From positions 5,318,509 through 5,382,508 of the forward strand of contig CM082586.2 in NCBI GenBank assembly GCA_040954595.2: a stretch of DNA of 64,000 nucleotides, written 5' to 3'. A program made the position numbers and the translations under genes. The notes under the pieces are model-generated. The model did no database searches. It was given only the letters and a program-made list of their open reading frames with translations, and was not told the origin of the DNA. Source of the DNA: Balanoglossus misakiensis. Taxonomy: Eukaryota > Animalia > Hemichordata. Of the stretch, positions 1-16,890 are shown piece by piece (within the stretch, counting starts at the first letter, position 1; each line of letters starts with the position of its first letter).

Positions 1-12
1 CGTGCATTCCAG

Positions 13-260
13 GCCTGCTTCTCTTCACCGGAGCGATGGCCTTTTGCGAAGAGGTCCACCTCTACGGATACTGGCCGTTCCGGGAGGACGCCCAGGGGCG
101 CCCGCTGCAGTACCACTACTTCGACAAATCCGCGGAAATGCTGCCGCCCACAAAGATGAAGAGACTCCATCACAACATGCCGGAAGAGTTCAAAATGTTT
201 GTCGATTTGCACAACAAGGGCGCTATACGGTTACACGTCGGCAGATGCAATACGTCGTGA
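13..260 (+). CDS. Alpha-2,8-sialyltransferase-like (GT29/ST8Sia family), terminal exon only; the gene starts left of the window
   Basis: AG acceptor at 11-12, then GLLLFTGAMAFCEEVHLYGYWPF (sialylmotif S), YHYFD (motif III), HNMPEE (motif VS, HxxxxE) and a C-terminal Cys. Colinear with the last exon of the paralog at 49235-49476. Confidence 0.88.
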
Positions 261-490
261 CCAGCAACTGATATCAGTCGTGGACATGTGTGCAATTTTG
301 TAATTTAATTTTTAATGTATTATTTATTATTGGCATTGTCTTAAACTGTTAAAATATTAAACTTCTACTTTTTGGACAATGACGGGTCGGTTATTTAAGA
401 TATAAATATAAAGCATGTATGTCGAATATATAGAGTGAAATTCCAAAGTGCAAATATGCCTAATAAGCTTATGGCAGGACGTACATGTAC

Positions 491-560
491 ATGTACTTAT
501 GTTCGCAACGTTGATGGAGTTATGTTTCCAGAACATCGTCACTACCACGCCATAACTCGG
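491..560 (-). pseudogene. Orphan fragment of a sialyltransferase exon, opposite strand
   Basis: Translates PSYGVVVTMFWKHNSINVANIST, similar to PEHFILTRSFWKNNGINAVRIST in the paralog exon 49786-50030, and ends at the equivalent splice position. No neighbouring exons found. Confidence 0.5.
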
Positions 561-1500
561 GCTTCTGTGCTACCTGCAAGTGACCGATTGCAGCACACCA
601 CCTAGTACATGTACCAGTAAGCCCAGCAATTGTCGTGAATGTCGCCCTCATAGTCAGTAAAGCGATCCCTCTCTTCTTTCACAATATATTCATGGTGAGG
701 ACTACTGGGTTTATATCGCAAATTTAGTTTTTAGTCGACAACTTTTGGCCACACAAATACACATGGAGTTTCAAATATGCTATACCAGAAATGTCTTGAA
801 CTGGATTTGAAAAAAAAAGAGAAAAAGTTTTCTGCTTTATGATGTTTAATTCTTCTAGAAGCTAAAATTCTCAAAAGTTCAAATAAAAAAGGTTAAAACA
901 TATAATGATGATGCTCAACAATATTCTTCAGATACACCAAACAATCAGTATATCTGGGTACAGCCAGACAATTGTCATTGTCTTGATCACAATGTGTGCT
1001 GAGAGGAAGGCAAAGCACCTCTAGAAATCCAAGAATATCTGGTATGTGTGTAGAGTTGGGCAAACTGTTACTGAACATCCAAGAGTTGCACACTAGTGGT
1101 GGAAAGAGAGAACATCCTCGGAACGGACTAGTTAATGTCTTTTGGGGTTGCCTACACGATCACTGATATTTTGTGCTCCCACTGCTGTGCATGTGGTTAC
1201 TGTCGCCTGAGGATGTTTCTGAAAACAGTCACTGAAGAGACCAAGCAATCAGTTATGTAAAAGTCAGTTGCTTTCAGTGATACTTCATGTGGCGTTCCTC
1301 AAAAAATTCTTTGTTTACCACTCAGTATAGGCTTCATGGAAACCTACCAATCTTACTAAACAGCAACACAAATGTCTTGTATACGAACTCATTTTTCGAT
1401 TGTTTCCCCCTCCATTTGCGCCACACTGATCCTGCCACTGGTGGTTAAACAAAGAACTTGTGAACGGTGCCAGAACACGTTTCAGTCAGTCGCAACCGGT

Positions 1501-2927
1501 TTATTCTGGTTCTTGTTTGATCTGGATGTTGGCAAAGTCATTTGACGACTGCTGGCTGTCCTCAGACTGTTCAACGTCCTGCCTACTCTCGCTGGTCTCC
1601 GATTCACCCCCGTCGTCGTTTCCCCACCCCTCCTCCTTGAGGGCCAATCCCGACTCGTCCTCCTCCCCCTCGGCGACGACGTGGTACTCCCCTATCTCCT
1701 CCTCCTCCTCCTCGCTCTCGGTCTTGATCAGACCCGGTTCGGCTTTCACCCACCTGAAGGATGGCGTGCCAGTTTCGCTCCTGTCCTCCGCCACACCCAG
1801 ACTGGCGGAGACGCTCGTGCTGGGCGAGCTCGCGATGCTGTGGTCTAGTCCTTCGTGTATTCCCCCCATGCTGCTGCCGGCCTCGCTTCCGTCATGAGAC
1901 GGCCCCGCGTTACTGGAAGTGACTGTGGCAGAAGCAACCGGGCCCACGGAAGTGGAGTTCGGTATGCTGATCGACATCTTTTTAGCGCTGCTGTCTGCCC
2001 CCGACGGATTGATCAAACGCTTCATCCGAATCACTCCAGTCTGACACAGCAAATTTACCATGAAGGTTTCATCTGTCCATGACATACGATCAAAGGCAAA
2101 AGAAAGACCGTGTCATTACATGCGTATTTACCACAAGAAATATGCCATGATGATAATGTTTTCAATATTCATAAACAGTGTCAGAGCCAATAATATACAC
2201 CTCCAGTCAAGTGATATGGGAAAAGTAACAACAGTGTTTACCTCTGGTAGTCATTGTGTTATCTTTCAGGCGTTGCAACAAGGCTTTGTTCGACTTCTCG
2301 AACAAGGCCATCAGTTGGTTGAGTTTGTTGGCTTTTCTGGCTTCTTCCCAGATTTGAAGGCAGTCTGAAATAAAAGAAACATATTTTTATCAGTCTGATG
2401 TGTCAAAATATAAATGTTCATTTCTAATGGAGATTCAATAAGACAGTACCACACTTTCAACCAGGTATTCACACACCAGTTGCAATGATGAAGCTGCAAC
2501 ATAGTGGAATACTGTAGGAAAGTTAAGGCCATTTTAAAACATACGTGTAGTGTACTATCTGTCAGTACATGGTACCTCCGTGGACTATGTACAATCACTC
2601 TCATTACAGTCTCAGTGTAGAAGGCAGGCAGAGAAGAGTCGAGCTTCTGAACTCGCCTGACCTGTACTAGTAAATCATTATAGCCTTACAGACCATCTAA
2701 GAGTCTTGCATTAACTACATCGTGTAAAATCTCGAAATCCCAACCTTGCTTTCGTACTCACCTGCTTGGCTGAGTGCAGTGACAATGTGTGGTCCTTGCG
2801 GAGGTTTGCCTTGTTCGCTGGCAGGCCTGGGAGGTGGCGGAACGACGGGCTTCTCCGATATTGTCAGTCGTATTTTCGACCCGAGGGTGAATTTGATCTC
2901 CCCGAATGACTCCGCACTAGGCTCCAT
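1501..2927 (-). CDS. Uncharacterised acidic, probably nuclear protein (~286 aa, 3 exons)
   Basis: Exons 2927-2762, 2364-2242 and 2072-1501 join in frame through phase-1 GT-AG introns (GTGAGT and GTAAAC donors). Pro-rich start, helical segment CLQIWEEARK...DETFMVNLL, Ser/Glu-rich tail with four psi-K-x-E SUMO consensus sites (VKAE, IKTE, LKEE, IKQE). Head-to-head with AK2. Confidence 0.65.
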
Positions 2928-3994
2928 GCTCTTGTTATTCAGTAATTGTGATGATGACCCGTGTGGACAACGCGCAATATTACCCCGATCAGCGAAAACA
3001 AAGCAACATGCAACTCCCGGAAGCAGGACTGCACAAAGTATTGTGGGTAATACTTCCGGGTCACTTGTCTATTTCACTGTCTTGCTAACAGAGGGCGGTG
3101 TCGATTTCACGTAATACGCACCGCACCGGTCGCGAAAACTTCCAATAAAAGCAAAGTTTTGTTACCATGATTTATAGGCCAAAGACTAATTGTGTCGCGT
3201 ATAAAATTAAACCCGTGTTCTTTGTATGTTTGCTACGTAGGACCATCGCCCATACCTCCATACCATAGTCGGACAGAATGGGGCCTAAACAAACTCCATA
3301 TGATTCTATGAAGATTGTATTTCAGCTTAAAATATGCAAGTCTTACATAACGCATCATGCGCCGATCCAAGGTCGGTTTGTTTTTCGGATAAACCAGGGT
3401 ACGACGGTCCATGCGTTTCCCCGTGAATTTCCATGATACGTCCGTCAACGCTTAGGCCTATACTAATAACTCACTATAAAAAATATCGATCCGATATACT
3501 TTTCGCTCGTTTACACAAATATTAGAAGTCTTAAATTACATTTGACTGTCAGAACTTGATTAAAACTCGAGGTGCCTGATTCGGTGATAGGCTTACCGGT
3601 CGGTCATTGCACTTTGAACTACATTGATATGCGAGAAGTCCGTACCGACAGCGGTCACTGGGGCATGGGTGATATAAGAAAATGACTGCGGAATACAGTT
3701 GTCCGGAAGATCTTTTAATTTGAAAGAATAATGAATTGTGATGAAGAGTAAACATCTATATGAGTTCATAAAACAGCGCAAGCTTCATAAAGTTGTACTA
3801 TATTTTAATAGACATCATTGAAGTGGAAAAATTGTCTGGGGTCGCGACCTTTTTCGCGTCGATGGCGCCCTCATCGGCCGACCACAACAATATTCCTCTC
3901 CGCCATTTTGCACTCACGTGTTGCCACGTCCAGACCGGTCCGGCGTGTCTCGATCTCTCTCCTGGCTTTCTGAGACTTTCTTACACAAATCGAA

Positions 3995-6818
<2,824 letters not shown>

Positions 6819-8505
6819 TCGTAGAGTAGTAGAGATCACTTTGTTTGGTCCCCCGTTTGCAATATAAATGGATTGTGGCCTTAGATTGACGCACTGTGGA
6901 TCGAACCATGCATTGGCTTGAAATCACAGGGTCCAATTGTTGCAAAGTGTGAGCTGGGATCTTTTCATGGGATGTTAATTTGGTATAGAGTATGTAGTGG
7001 TGGAGGATTTTAACCTTCTCACCCCCCAGTTTCCCTTTTCCGAGGCCCAACTTTACTATGGGAATAGGTGGATTTGGACCAAACCATTGCAGCAGTTTAA
7101 TGTGAACACAAATCTCCACCACCCCATCCTCTTTCATCCTATCCATTGTGTGTTTAGCAGCTCCGAGTTGCCTTGCAAAACGCTTATAGCCGACTTCTGC
7201 ATGTTAGCCCGCGTCTGCTGTTGATGCTGAACGTAGAATAATCACAGATATCACACATCTGTGTATAAATAATATTGAATGTTAATGACAAAATTTGATC
7301 TAATCAAATGTATTTTTGTTTCTGTAGCAGCTTCAGATAACAGTGTCGATTTTTGAATCCCAAAGCCTTTTATTCTATCCTTGTTGACAGCGCATGAATT
7401 GGAAAAGATTATTTCCATTTTTTCATGTGTTGAAATCAAATCTCCTCTAGTCTGTTATTTGACAATCAAGTGTTACTGAAATATATTCTTTTCAAATTCT
7501 GACTCTTATGTCCTATTACCTGGAAACTGTATTTCTATCTTCCACTTAATATTCTTGGTAAAATTGTCGAACAAGAACTTACTGTTTTGATTTTGCTGAC
7601 ACATTTTCCACCAACCATAGTGTTTCTGTTTCCTTCTTGTCTGTGTAACAATACTCTTGCATGTCTTTCAAAACCCTGATGCACTGTAACTTTTAATTCG
7701 TTGAAATCTCACTGTGTAACCAACCAACCAACCATTCGTGTACGATCACATTTCATAACATTCTGTAATTTCTGCAGTCTTTTTGTGGGAAGTTTTCACT
7801 TCAAGGTGTCATGTTGTGGGTTTCTTCTGAACTTCACTGGTCGTTACCAAGTTTTGAATTGTCAAAGCACTTTTAATCTGGGCAGCGTCAGATTTGGTCT
7901 GATGTGTACCTATTACATTTAGAACCACTCAGAAAAATTCAGATGGTTTTTGAAGTAAGTGCTTTGACATGGACAAACTTGGTATGCAGGAACTTGTGTA
8001 CCCTTTCATGTTTGAGACCTGTAATATCTGAATGTACTATCCTCATTGTAATGTAACACAAAGACCATTCGCTTCCTTCAGTGTACACTTTCAATGTTGC
8101 ATTTTCTTCTCATTCTTGAATGTTGTGAGTTAATCGCAATGTTTTTGAAATAAACAAAGGGTCTGAGAAATAAACATTAATATATGTGGGTCTGTCTTGT
8201 GTTCATGACACTTGTAGTTCAACACCCGTTTACCAGCGTTGCATCTCATGATCATGTGCACATTGTCATGTTTCAATACTAATTGTACTTGCTAACAATT
8301 GCATCACATGGAAACCAGACTCTCAGCCACATAGGACGACACTGATTCTAAGTAACAAGCGTAATAGCCCAGCACAGTTGAAAATGTCTAGCTGTCACAA
8401 GATGTACCAAAACCACTGGAAACCCTGTTTAAGACAAACTGTAAAGATATCAAATTGCTTACTCCTAATAATCCCATTCCATGTCTGTTTTTTTTTTACT
8501 TTCAG

Positions 8506-8513
8506 ATGACTAA
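8506..8513 (+). CDS. AK2: Probable AK2 alternative terminal coding exon (AK2B-like isoform ending SKALND)
   Basis: Strong acceptor (CTAAT branch-like sequence at ~8465, long T tract, TTTCAG at 8500-8505). An internal donor A|GTAAAG after 6792 gives AAT GAC TAA. Confidence 0.5.
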
Positions 8514-9590
8514 TCAACGCTGACCAATCCCAGTGCCTCCATGGTGTGGCCGCTTTAATACAATGTTGTCTTTCAATTTACTCATTGTACTGGTATTAAA
8601 ATGAATTTGAAACACGTGGGAACAATTTTGACGATGTGAAAAATTACCAAACAACTCATGGAAACTCATTTTTCTTAAAACAATGACCAAAAAACTGCAC
8701 TACATTTTTACTGGGGATTTTTCATCACCTTGCTGTGGGTAGGGACAAATCTGGTTGTAGCTATTGATCAGTAACCATGCATTCTTGTGAACGTGTCCAG
8801 GTGTGACGCATATATTATTCAAATGACTTTCGATGGGTCAGTGAATTCTTCTCAAATGAAAGTCACAGAAATTTAAAACTTTTACCCACCTCTGCAAGTA
8901 CATGTTTATCAAGCTTTAAGGTTACCTGACAGTATCTGAAATAATATTCTGAAAACTGCCAAAACTACATATGAGGCAAAACTTTCGACAATCTCCCAAA
9001 AAATGGCAATATATTACTTCCTTTTCAATGCTGCTGATTAATTTTTACTTGGCAGCTTGCCAAGACATCAGTCGTAGTCAACCAATCAGTGTCAAGATAT
9101 CAGTGCTGTCCTTTCCAGATAGCCAATCAAACTGCTTGAGTTTGTGTGCACGCAACAGCTCATAGAAGGGGGAAGAACTACATCCACTCTCTGAGAGAGA
9201 TGATCTTAAAACTTAAATTGCAAAGTACCATGAATTTATTGACTATCAATTTCCAAGTGTTTGTCAAGAAAATTGTGTTTCTGGTAAATTTGTAGCTGAG
9301 GGTACATTTAATAAAATGCAACAATTATTGTAATGCTGTGTGCTTGTTTTATTCCTCCACTGTAACCATGTGTGATAGAATTTGTATGATTTCCGTTGAA
9401 CTGGCAAAGGTTTTTCAAGTGCGAGAATCGTCTTTCTGCGATGACGGAAGCGCCCCCACCAGGAAAATCTACGACCGCTTTTGTTTCTCAGTGGTACATG
9501 TACATGTACGTGCCTTCTCCTATTCTAATGTACATTAAAAATGGTATCGTCCTACTGTTATGGGTGAAAGCGCACAACAAAAAGCTTATG

Positions 9591-9725
9591 TGACGTCACT
9601 CCTTTAAAAAATAAAACTGTCGACTGTACATGGTTTCTTTTCCGGAGTATGCGGGGTGATTCTGTACATGTCCGCGCACAGGTGATCGAGACGCGTGGCA
9701 GGCGCAGTATTGCAAGTATTTTCAG
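9591..9725 (+). promoter_or_regulatory. Putative promoter and 5'UTR exon of CABIT gene A, with CRE and ISRE-like sites
   Basis: TGACGTCA at 9591-9598; GGTTTCTTTTCC at 9632-9643 fits RGTTTCN(1-2)TTTCY; donor CAG|GTGAGT at 9725. Confidence 0.4.
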
Positions 9726-10532
9726 GTGAGTAATACCACAATTCCATTATGCACAGCGCATATATATATATACAGACCACCGAGAGCTTGTTGGCTTCCT
9801 ACAATGAGACGGGAACACTGGGCAGTTCTGAGTTCCCTTTAAATCGTCTACGGTAGCATATTGTTGGCGGTATCATAGATAATGGTGGAAGTTACTGTCC
9901 ACAGAATTAAAACTGTGCATGGCCCCATACCTTGCACTTTATAGAATTGTTTTAACCGGAGTGGTCATATAGCGCAGAATCTCTGGAACCAATAGTTATA
10001 AGAATGTTACTCTTACTAGTAATCTTTGGTTTGCTTGGTCGGGAAAACTGACCCACAGACTGTGATAGCCATCGAGAAATTCTCTGCATTGCCAACCAAT
10101 AGTACATATATCGTTGACCCCACAAGTCTATGCCGAGGAAAGGTAGTGAAAACGGTTCAGGAAACGAAGTTCGCAGATCGTCACCGTGCGTGTGGACAAT
10201 TTTAGCGTTGTTCAATAGTTGTCGGGTCTTCATACTTTTAAACTCCGTGGTGATACAAGTGCGTACATATTGTTCTCAAAAAATAACATTATGTAACAGT
10301 GTACACGTACCCACAATGTGGCATGGGGGACGTGGACAAAAGGAAAGCGACCAAGGGTGGAGGTAGAAACGAGACCTCATTCAGAAAGCCATACCGACGA
10401 CGAAAGATGCCCAGTTTTTACCAACCAAAGTGGTTGTGATGCGCACGTGTTAATTTTTACCACTACTTTAATATAGACCTATACGCTAATTACTTTTCTA
10501 ATAATAGTGTGATGTAAAACACCGTTTCAGTA

Positions 10533-12434
10533 ATGGCTCAGCTAGAAGATATCTTGTGGTCAGAAAAATCTTACAGCATCCAGGAAATTCTTGCGCACTT
10601 CAAGCTTCCAAAGATATGTAAAGTTACGAGTGGGCTGTACGGAACGGAAGATATCGAGACACTTGGAAACCTTCAGGTAAGAGGTTGCATACACCATGGA
10701 GGTACTAGTACCTCCATGCATACACCAACCAGTGGCCAATTGATACGCCACGAGGTAGGGATGGTTTGCCCGATCCTTAGTCTATGGCAGACGGACCAAT
10801 GTGGTAGGATTTGTTGAATAATACTGCCAATCACATACGCTTTTATTATTTTTATTGTCAGATCGTTCGAATCCACAGGCAGCAAAGCCAAAGGCGAGTG
10901 GTTGCAATAGATAACCACAGAGGGCGTCACTTGAGTATCCCCGTTGACTACGACATCCCATTCGAACTTCTTCCCATAGCCTCACCAGGTGAGAACGTGC
11001 GATAATATTTGAACATATTTGCATAAATACATGAATTTTGAAAACCTTTGTAATTATATTTTATGGTGAATGTTGGGAATTTTAATCGTGCTTTGGTGTC
11101 CGTGTTTTTCATCTGGGCAAAATATCGTGATATCAAAACCACAGACCGACGTCTATCGACGATCCAGACTAGACGACGCACGGCTGTCACTGGACATAAG
11201 TACCCATTCCTAATAACGTCGTTTTCTTGACTTGGGGGCAGATCCACAACCGAAGTACCTAGCAGACATTCTGTGCACTACAAGCCTTCCACAGAAGGTA
11301 TCCTTTGCCCAAGAGTCGGAGCTCGATGCCTGGTACATCGACCAAAATGCTAAAGTTGACGGCTCGTTTGGCGCGCTGACACTCACCAAGACTTACGTGG
11401 AGGAGTATCTCCAAGCCAACGCCATCAATGGTGGTAAGTCAGTAGACGTGGGCTTTCTCTGTGACTCTGGATTGGTGTAGAAAGGAATACAGTCATCTCT
11501 AATTTACATATGCCCATAAAAGGTAAAATTGGCCTGACTGACTCTTCTGATTACGTGTGATGGCGAACTTTTTTATATTGTTGGCCACCCACAAAAGTGG
11601 AAATTTGTGATTGATTAGATCTCAAGTTTCCACGGTGACTGGCTACAATTGTACGAGTAGCCGTGTACCTTCAACCTCGCCGATTACGTCAGCACGATGC
11701 GCAGTATGATAATTTCAACGGGATCAGGAGAATAAAGATACGTTTCCAGATTTTACACCTTGGAACGTAATGAAATCTTGCGTACACTAGGACACATCAT
11801 TTGTGCATTTCATGTGTTGGTGTATCAGTTCTGTCTGTTTCTCACTGATAATCACTTCTGATCCACCAGGAATATTGGACGAGGAAATCCTAACGATTCC
11901 CGCCTACATGAAGTTGGAATTCTCCATAGCAGAGGGCGTCCGCAACGGCACACCCGAAGTCTGGGCCAATCTCCAACAATGCTACGACGCCATGGTCACA
12001 AGCAAAGTGGACTTCGACAAAATGAGGGGAAACAAAGGTAAGGTTCATCGGTGGGATTTATAAAGGGTCTTGACAGTATTGAATATGGGGAGGATTCGTT
12101 TATTTCCCTGGGCCAATTCTACCACTGATTGACTGCGACAGAACAGCGCAGCCAGGGGTAGATTTAGAGTCAGGCACCAAGGTGGACTATAAATAGCCGA
12201 CCAATCGAGCAATCTGGCGACTGTTTATTAAACCGTAGTATTATGGATTTGTTTTTCGCAGACATTGCCGTGTATTTTCCACGAAATGTGGAGAGGAACC
12301 AATCGAACTATTCCTACATACGTCCAAACAGGAGCATAAGGATATCATCCAGGCGTGTCAATCACTATGACAACCGCACCTGCAGCAGTGGCGATGGGTC
12401 ACGGCGCCCTCTACCACCAACACCAGAAGTGTGA
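10533..12434 (+). CDS. CABIT-domain protein A (GAREM/THEMIS-like), short form without SAM (~267 aa)
   Basis: Exons 10533-10676, 10862-10988, 11242-11433, 11870-12037, 12262-12434. The N-terminus (EDILWSEKSYSIQEILAHFKLPKICKV...RHLSIPVDYDIPFELL) resembles the GAREM CABIT start as I recall it. Ends RRPLPPTPEV. Confidence 0.82.
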
Positions 12435-13024
12435 AATGAACTTTGTAAAGACCAAGAGATTCACCACGTTTTAAAATGTGATTTTTTAAATATCTTGAAT
12501 AGTTAATTTTTTCAATCAATTTCAATATTTATACAATATATATGTTTTAAACTATCAAAGCAAATCGAACTCTGGTTACAATGGTGCTTCTTTTTAAGCT
12601 TTTGCAAAGCCTCCAAAGGCATTATTTCCAACACGTCTTTTTACCTATTAACAACTAAGTGCATGTGCTCACCACATGACCATATTCAGTCACCACTCTC
12701 CAATCACGCTGACGTAACTCTCTGATCACATGACACTGGCCAGTATGTCAAATTAGCATTTTACTACCGAAACTTAAATACTTCTTTTTCATAACAGTTT
12801 GCAGGATATAAGAAGTCAAGTGTGAGATACTGGCCAAATAATATTTCGCAATTTACAACCACCAGTTGTAGATCAGATTTATCAACTATTTTCTACACTA
12901 TTCCTCTCTACTGCGTTATATGCAACCACATATTTGGCCCTAAATGTGCACATGAATTTAACAACGAATGAAAGCTCATCATTATAATATATAACAAATG
13001 TTTCCCATGCATATTAATACACGT

Positions 13025-16000
13025 CTAGACTTCTACATTTTTGACTCGTAAAACCACCGGCACTGCCGTGCAAGGAATCATTCCTATCTCCGTGATCACC
13101 ATATCAACAAAGTTTGGCGGAGTCACATCATACACTAAATTCAGTAAAGTCAAGGAAGGGTATTCAGTCCAGTCAGCCAGGCAATTCCGTGATTTGCCGG
13201 TCTTCACAAGGTCATTGGGGTCACCTGAAATGGGAATACATTATGAACCGTTACCAGACTATATTGTTTAGCTACTTCAAATCACAGTGACACAGAAAAC
13301 TTCAATTTTCAATAACAACAAATAAATTAAATTAAGTATTTGGCTAGTTGAAAACTCACCCAGCTCATTGAAGACAAAGGAGTCCGTCTGTACCCTCTCA
13401 CAGAATTTGTACGTCTCACAACAAACCAAGACAGGAACGTTGTACGCTTTAGCCATCATAGCCACCAGTGATTGGCCGACTCGGGACATGACGTAACCAT
13501 TAGCCAATAGCGCGTGGGCACCCAGAAGTACTTTCGACACCTGTATGGAAGAAGTCTGGTTTGTCGTAGCCGAACATCGCGTTCACTAAAAGCTGGTCTT
13601 AATGCAGAATATCACATCGCCATCGGTTGTGCCCTGCCTTCTACGCAAGATGTTCGTACATTTTTGCCACACCACAAACTAGTATCATTCTAAAACAGCC
13701 TACAGTGTGTGAACAACCATCGGGCGCCACTGAACAGTTCTCTGGATATTGGCGCCATATAAATGTTTTTGATTGATTGATTGATTGATTGATTCTGGTA
13801 CAAGTGTTGACAATTGGATAGTTCTGATTGAAAATACTGAACCAACTTCTGCCACTGGCACTGAATCAGGAAAATATGATAACAGAAACGCAGAGACACA
13901 CAACACTATCATGCTTGAAAATCTCAAGAGAACTTGGTGAAAACTCTAAGAACGAAAAGCATAATTAAACTTACCTCAGGCATCATATATGAAATCGCAT
14001 TGGTCAGAATGTAGGAACACTTGATACCATATTTTACAAGACGCCTTGTAGCCTCCCGACCTTCACACTTGGGTCGCCCATCAACCACGATCACGCTGAA
14101 TTTCTTGCCTGCATCATGTGCGTCTTTTAGAACTTTGCATATGAGGGACGAGCTGAGAGAAGTATAGAGATGTTGTTAGCTTTGTGTCCCTACATTGAGT
14201 GCCATCAACCCTTTCTCAACAATGGTTTACTCCAAATCAATTGTTTACTATGGGAAAGTTGGACCTCTGCAGAGGGAAATGGGGTGGATATAGACAGCTG
14301 TTTGAAATCCAAACATTAAACAGTGCAGAGTATTAAAGAGATGTGGCCTAACATTCAACTTACCATGCATATATCATAATGACATCTCCGTCTAGAATTT
14401 TGCGACTGGCATACGTCTTTGAAATAGCTTCATCTGCTAGGACTATCTTTTCTTGGAGGTATCCATCAATGCTTTCGAATAAGTTCTCTTTGGCCTGCGA
14501 GATAAGGGTTGGTTGTGAAACCTGGTTATTGCAGAGTCTCTAAGGGTTCTTTCAGATGTTGCTTGTCTACACTCTTTCAGAAGGAAGGCAAATAGAGATT
14601 ACAAGTGAGTTAACCCATCAAAATGGGCAAAGATGGTCTGAATGGCTTACCTCTGAATCCGACAGATTTGATGGAGTGTGGGTGATCTGCATCTTGACAT
14701 ACTTGATAGCATTTCCCATGCTGACGGATAATGGCCTACACTGTGTGAGAAAACTAAGAGAGGAAAATAATGTTACATTACAGCTCAATAGTCACAATGT
14801 TTGCCATCAGGCAGTATATTTTGTAGCATTAGAGGGGAACAAGTCATGAAAACTATAGTTTTGTGCTCCTCTGAACTGCACTCTACCAAAATATATAAAT
14901 ACGCATGACAGGGCTGTAATATTGTTGAGTCTCCAGTATCTCAAAGAACAAGCACTGAACAGTGAATATCCAATTCTGGTGTACTTTTTCAGAGCACGTC
15001 AGTTAGCTTAGTTACCCACCTGATGTAAGGTTTGATCTTGACCTCCAGATCTCGAGACAGCTCTTTGTCTTTGGGAGTGGTGTAGTCGGCAATGACCGAC
15101 TTGAACGCCTGCAGCAGCGCTATACACCTGGCGTTGGAGCCACACACGATGCCCTCGGCGTACTGCAATCCGAGTCGGACGATCGCCGGGTGAATGCCAC
15201 CATTCTGGAAGGCGATGCCCTGCGTCAGCGACACTTGACGCTCGTACTGGTGTAAATGAGAGAAGAGGCCCACTTTCCTCTGTGATGTGGCTCTCTGGGG
15301 AACCTGGGAAACGGAGAAAGAAGATGAAGAGCAATATTTTGATTATTTCTGACAGCTCTTGTACTATGTAAGTCACAAAATATCAATATGGGCTCACAGA
15401 GAATGTGCTGATTATGAACAGGAATCTGTAAAAGTAACCACGTACGTATACAGGGAGAACCAGAAAATGCAGTTGAAGTCAAAATAAAATATTTCAGAAA
15501 GTTCTACGGTTTACCAGTTCTCGTTCTATTCATTATTCGTCCATGCCTACCTGTTGTCTTTCTAACTTTTTGGCAATTTTCTTCTGAACTTTCGTATCGT
15601 CAAGAAGCACATTCAATGATATCCTAGGTGGTTTTGCTGTGAATATAAACAGATTATATACAGAGATTATCTCTACCTCTTTGAAACATGTCAGAGAAAC
15701 ATTATTTTTCCTTTTCACAATGGTGCACACACTTAAGCGCAGTATAGCATGGACTTCACACACTCCTCTCCCTAAGGCTTCACATCTCTTCCCACCATAC
15801 AATCCTATTGGGACAATCACTTACCCTCACTACTTGCTTTCGATTTAGGAACAGCCACACCCGGTTCACCTCCTTTTTTAGCCGCCTTAGCAGCCCTCTC
15901 TGCTTCCTACAAAATAAATCACACAACAATGAGACTCAATTTAATGTCAAAGAAATGGACCAAATTATCCTTAAGGATTAAGTCACTTCATTCCACAAAC

Positions 16001-16387
16001 AAAGAATGTGTGTTTTCCTCTACCTGTCTTTCTCGTCTCATTCTCTTCAACTCAGCTTTGCTCAATTTAGGAGCATCATCATCCTCCGGCTTCATCTCCC
16101 CACCCTTGGCCGTCGCAGCCTGCTGTTGCTGCTGTGGCTGTTTCGGTTTCTTTTCCTTCTTGGATTTCTTAGACTTTGCCGAGTCTTGCCTCAGGCTCTC
16201 TGTGCTTGGTTTCCCCTTACCGTCCTTGGGTGCGGTTGCAGGGTCCACCGTTTCCGAGGCAACGTCCTGTGAGAATGAAACAAGATGGTCAACTGTTCAC
16301 AAGTAGAGTACCTGTCTGCAAGAGTACATTTAACACGATATAAAGCAATTTGGGGGGGTCTGTGACAATCCTTACCTTAGAATCCAT
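13025..16387 (-). CDS. EIF2B4: Translation initiation factor eIF-2B subunit delta
   Basis: Exons 16387-16376, 16266-16024, 15906-15825, 15636-15551, 15303-15020, 14753-14651, 14494-14364, 14152-13975, 13540-13360, 13224-13025. Motifs [76 protein letters not shown]. Confidence 0.95.
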
Positions 16388-16866
16388 CTCTACCAAGTTT
16401 TCCCGTATCAAACAAGCCAGAAGATTCACTATCAAAGTATCATCTTCTTCTGATTTCTTTGATCTTGACCTAACTTCTGGGTGAAAGACACGGGAAAAGA
16501 TTATGATATTGTAAATGTAAACGTTATAATATAACGGTGCACAGGTCACCTGTGTTCGCACATCACACAAACTGAATCAAGCGATACTGCGAAAGAATGA
16601 TCATTCGGATGTCATTCTGAATCTGAGACATGTTTATACAGCGCCGCCATGTGTCACAGCTGTTGATGTTGCATCACTCGACTTGAAGTCCAGATTTTCG
16701 TTCCAAACACACGGTTATCAATACTTACAGAAATGAATGAGCACACGCTGCAAGCAGCACACGAATCGGAGTACAGACCTGGTGTCGTTCTCTTTTTCCC
16801 GACTGCTTGTTCACATCAAAACACAAACACGCCTGCAGCCGTCGACACACAGTTCCCTGTTCTCGC

Positions 16867-16890
16867 CAAGATGGCGAATATCTCGCGAGA
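16867..16890. promoter_or_regulatory. Housekeeping promoter motifs of EIF2B4: YY1-like CAAGATGGCG and the TCTCGCGAGA palindrome
   Basis: CAAGATGGCG at 16867-16876 and TCTCGCGAGA at 16881-16890, just upstream of the EIF2B4 non-coding first exon (donor ~16729) and head-to-head with CABIT gene B. Confidence 0.55.

Noticed and set aside
2311-2604. ORF-track frame TAFKSGKKPEKPTNSTN as exon 2 of the orphan gene
   Set aside because: The GTGAGT donor at 2761 is phase 1, which selects a different open frame (DCLQIWEE...) that continues into exon 3.
16612-16650. ATGGCGGCG as the EIF2B4 start codon
   Set aside because: It hits a stop after 12 codons with no donor; the ATG at 16387 (MDSK) splices in frame.
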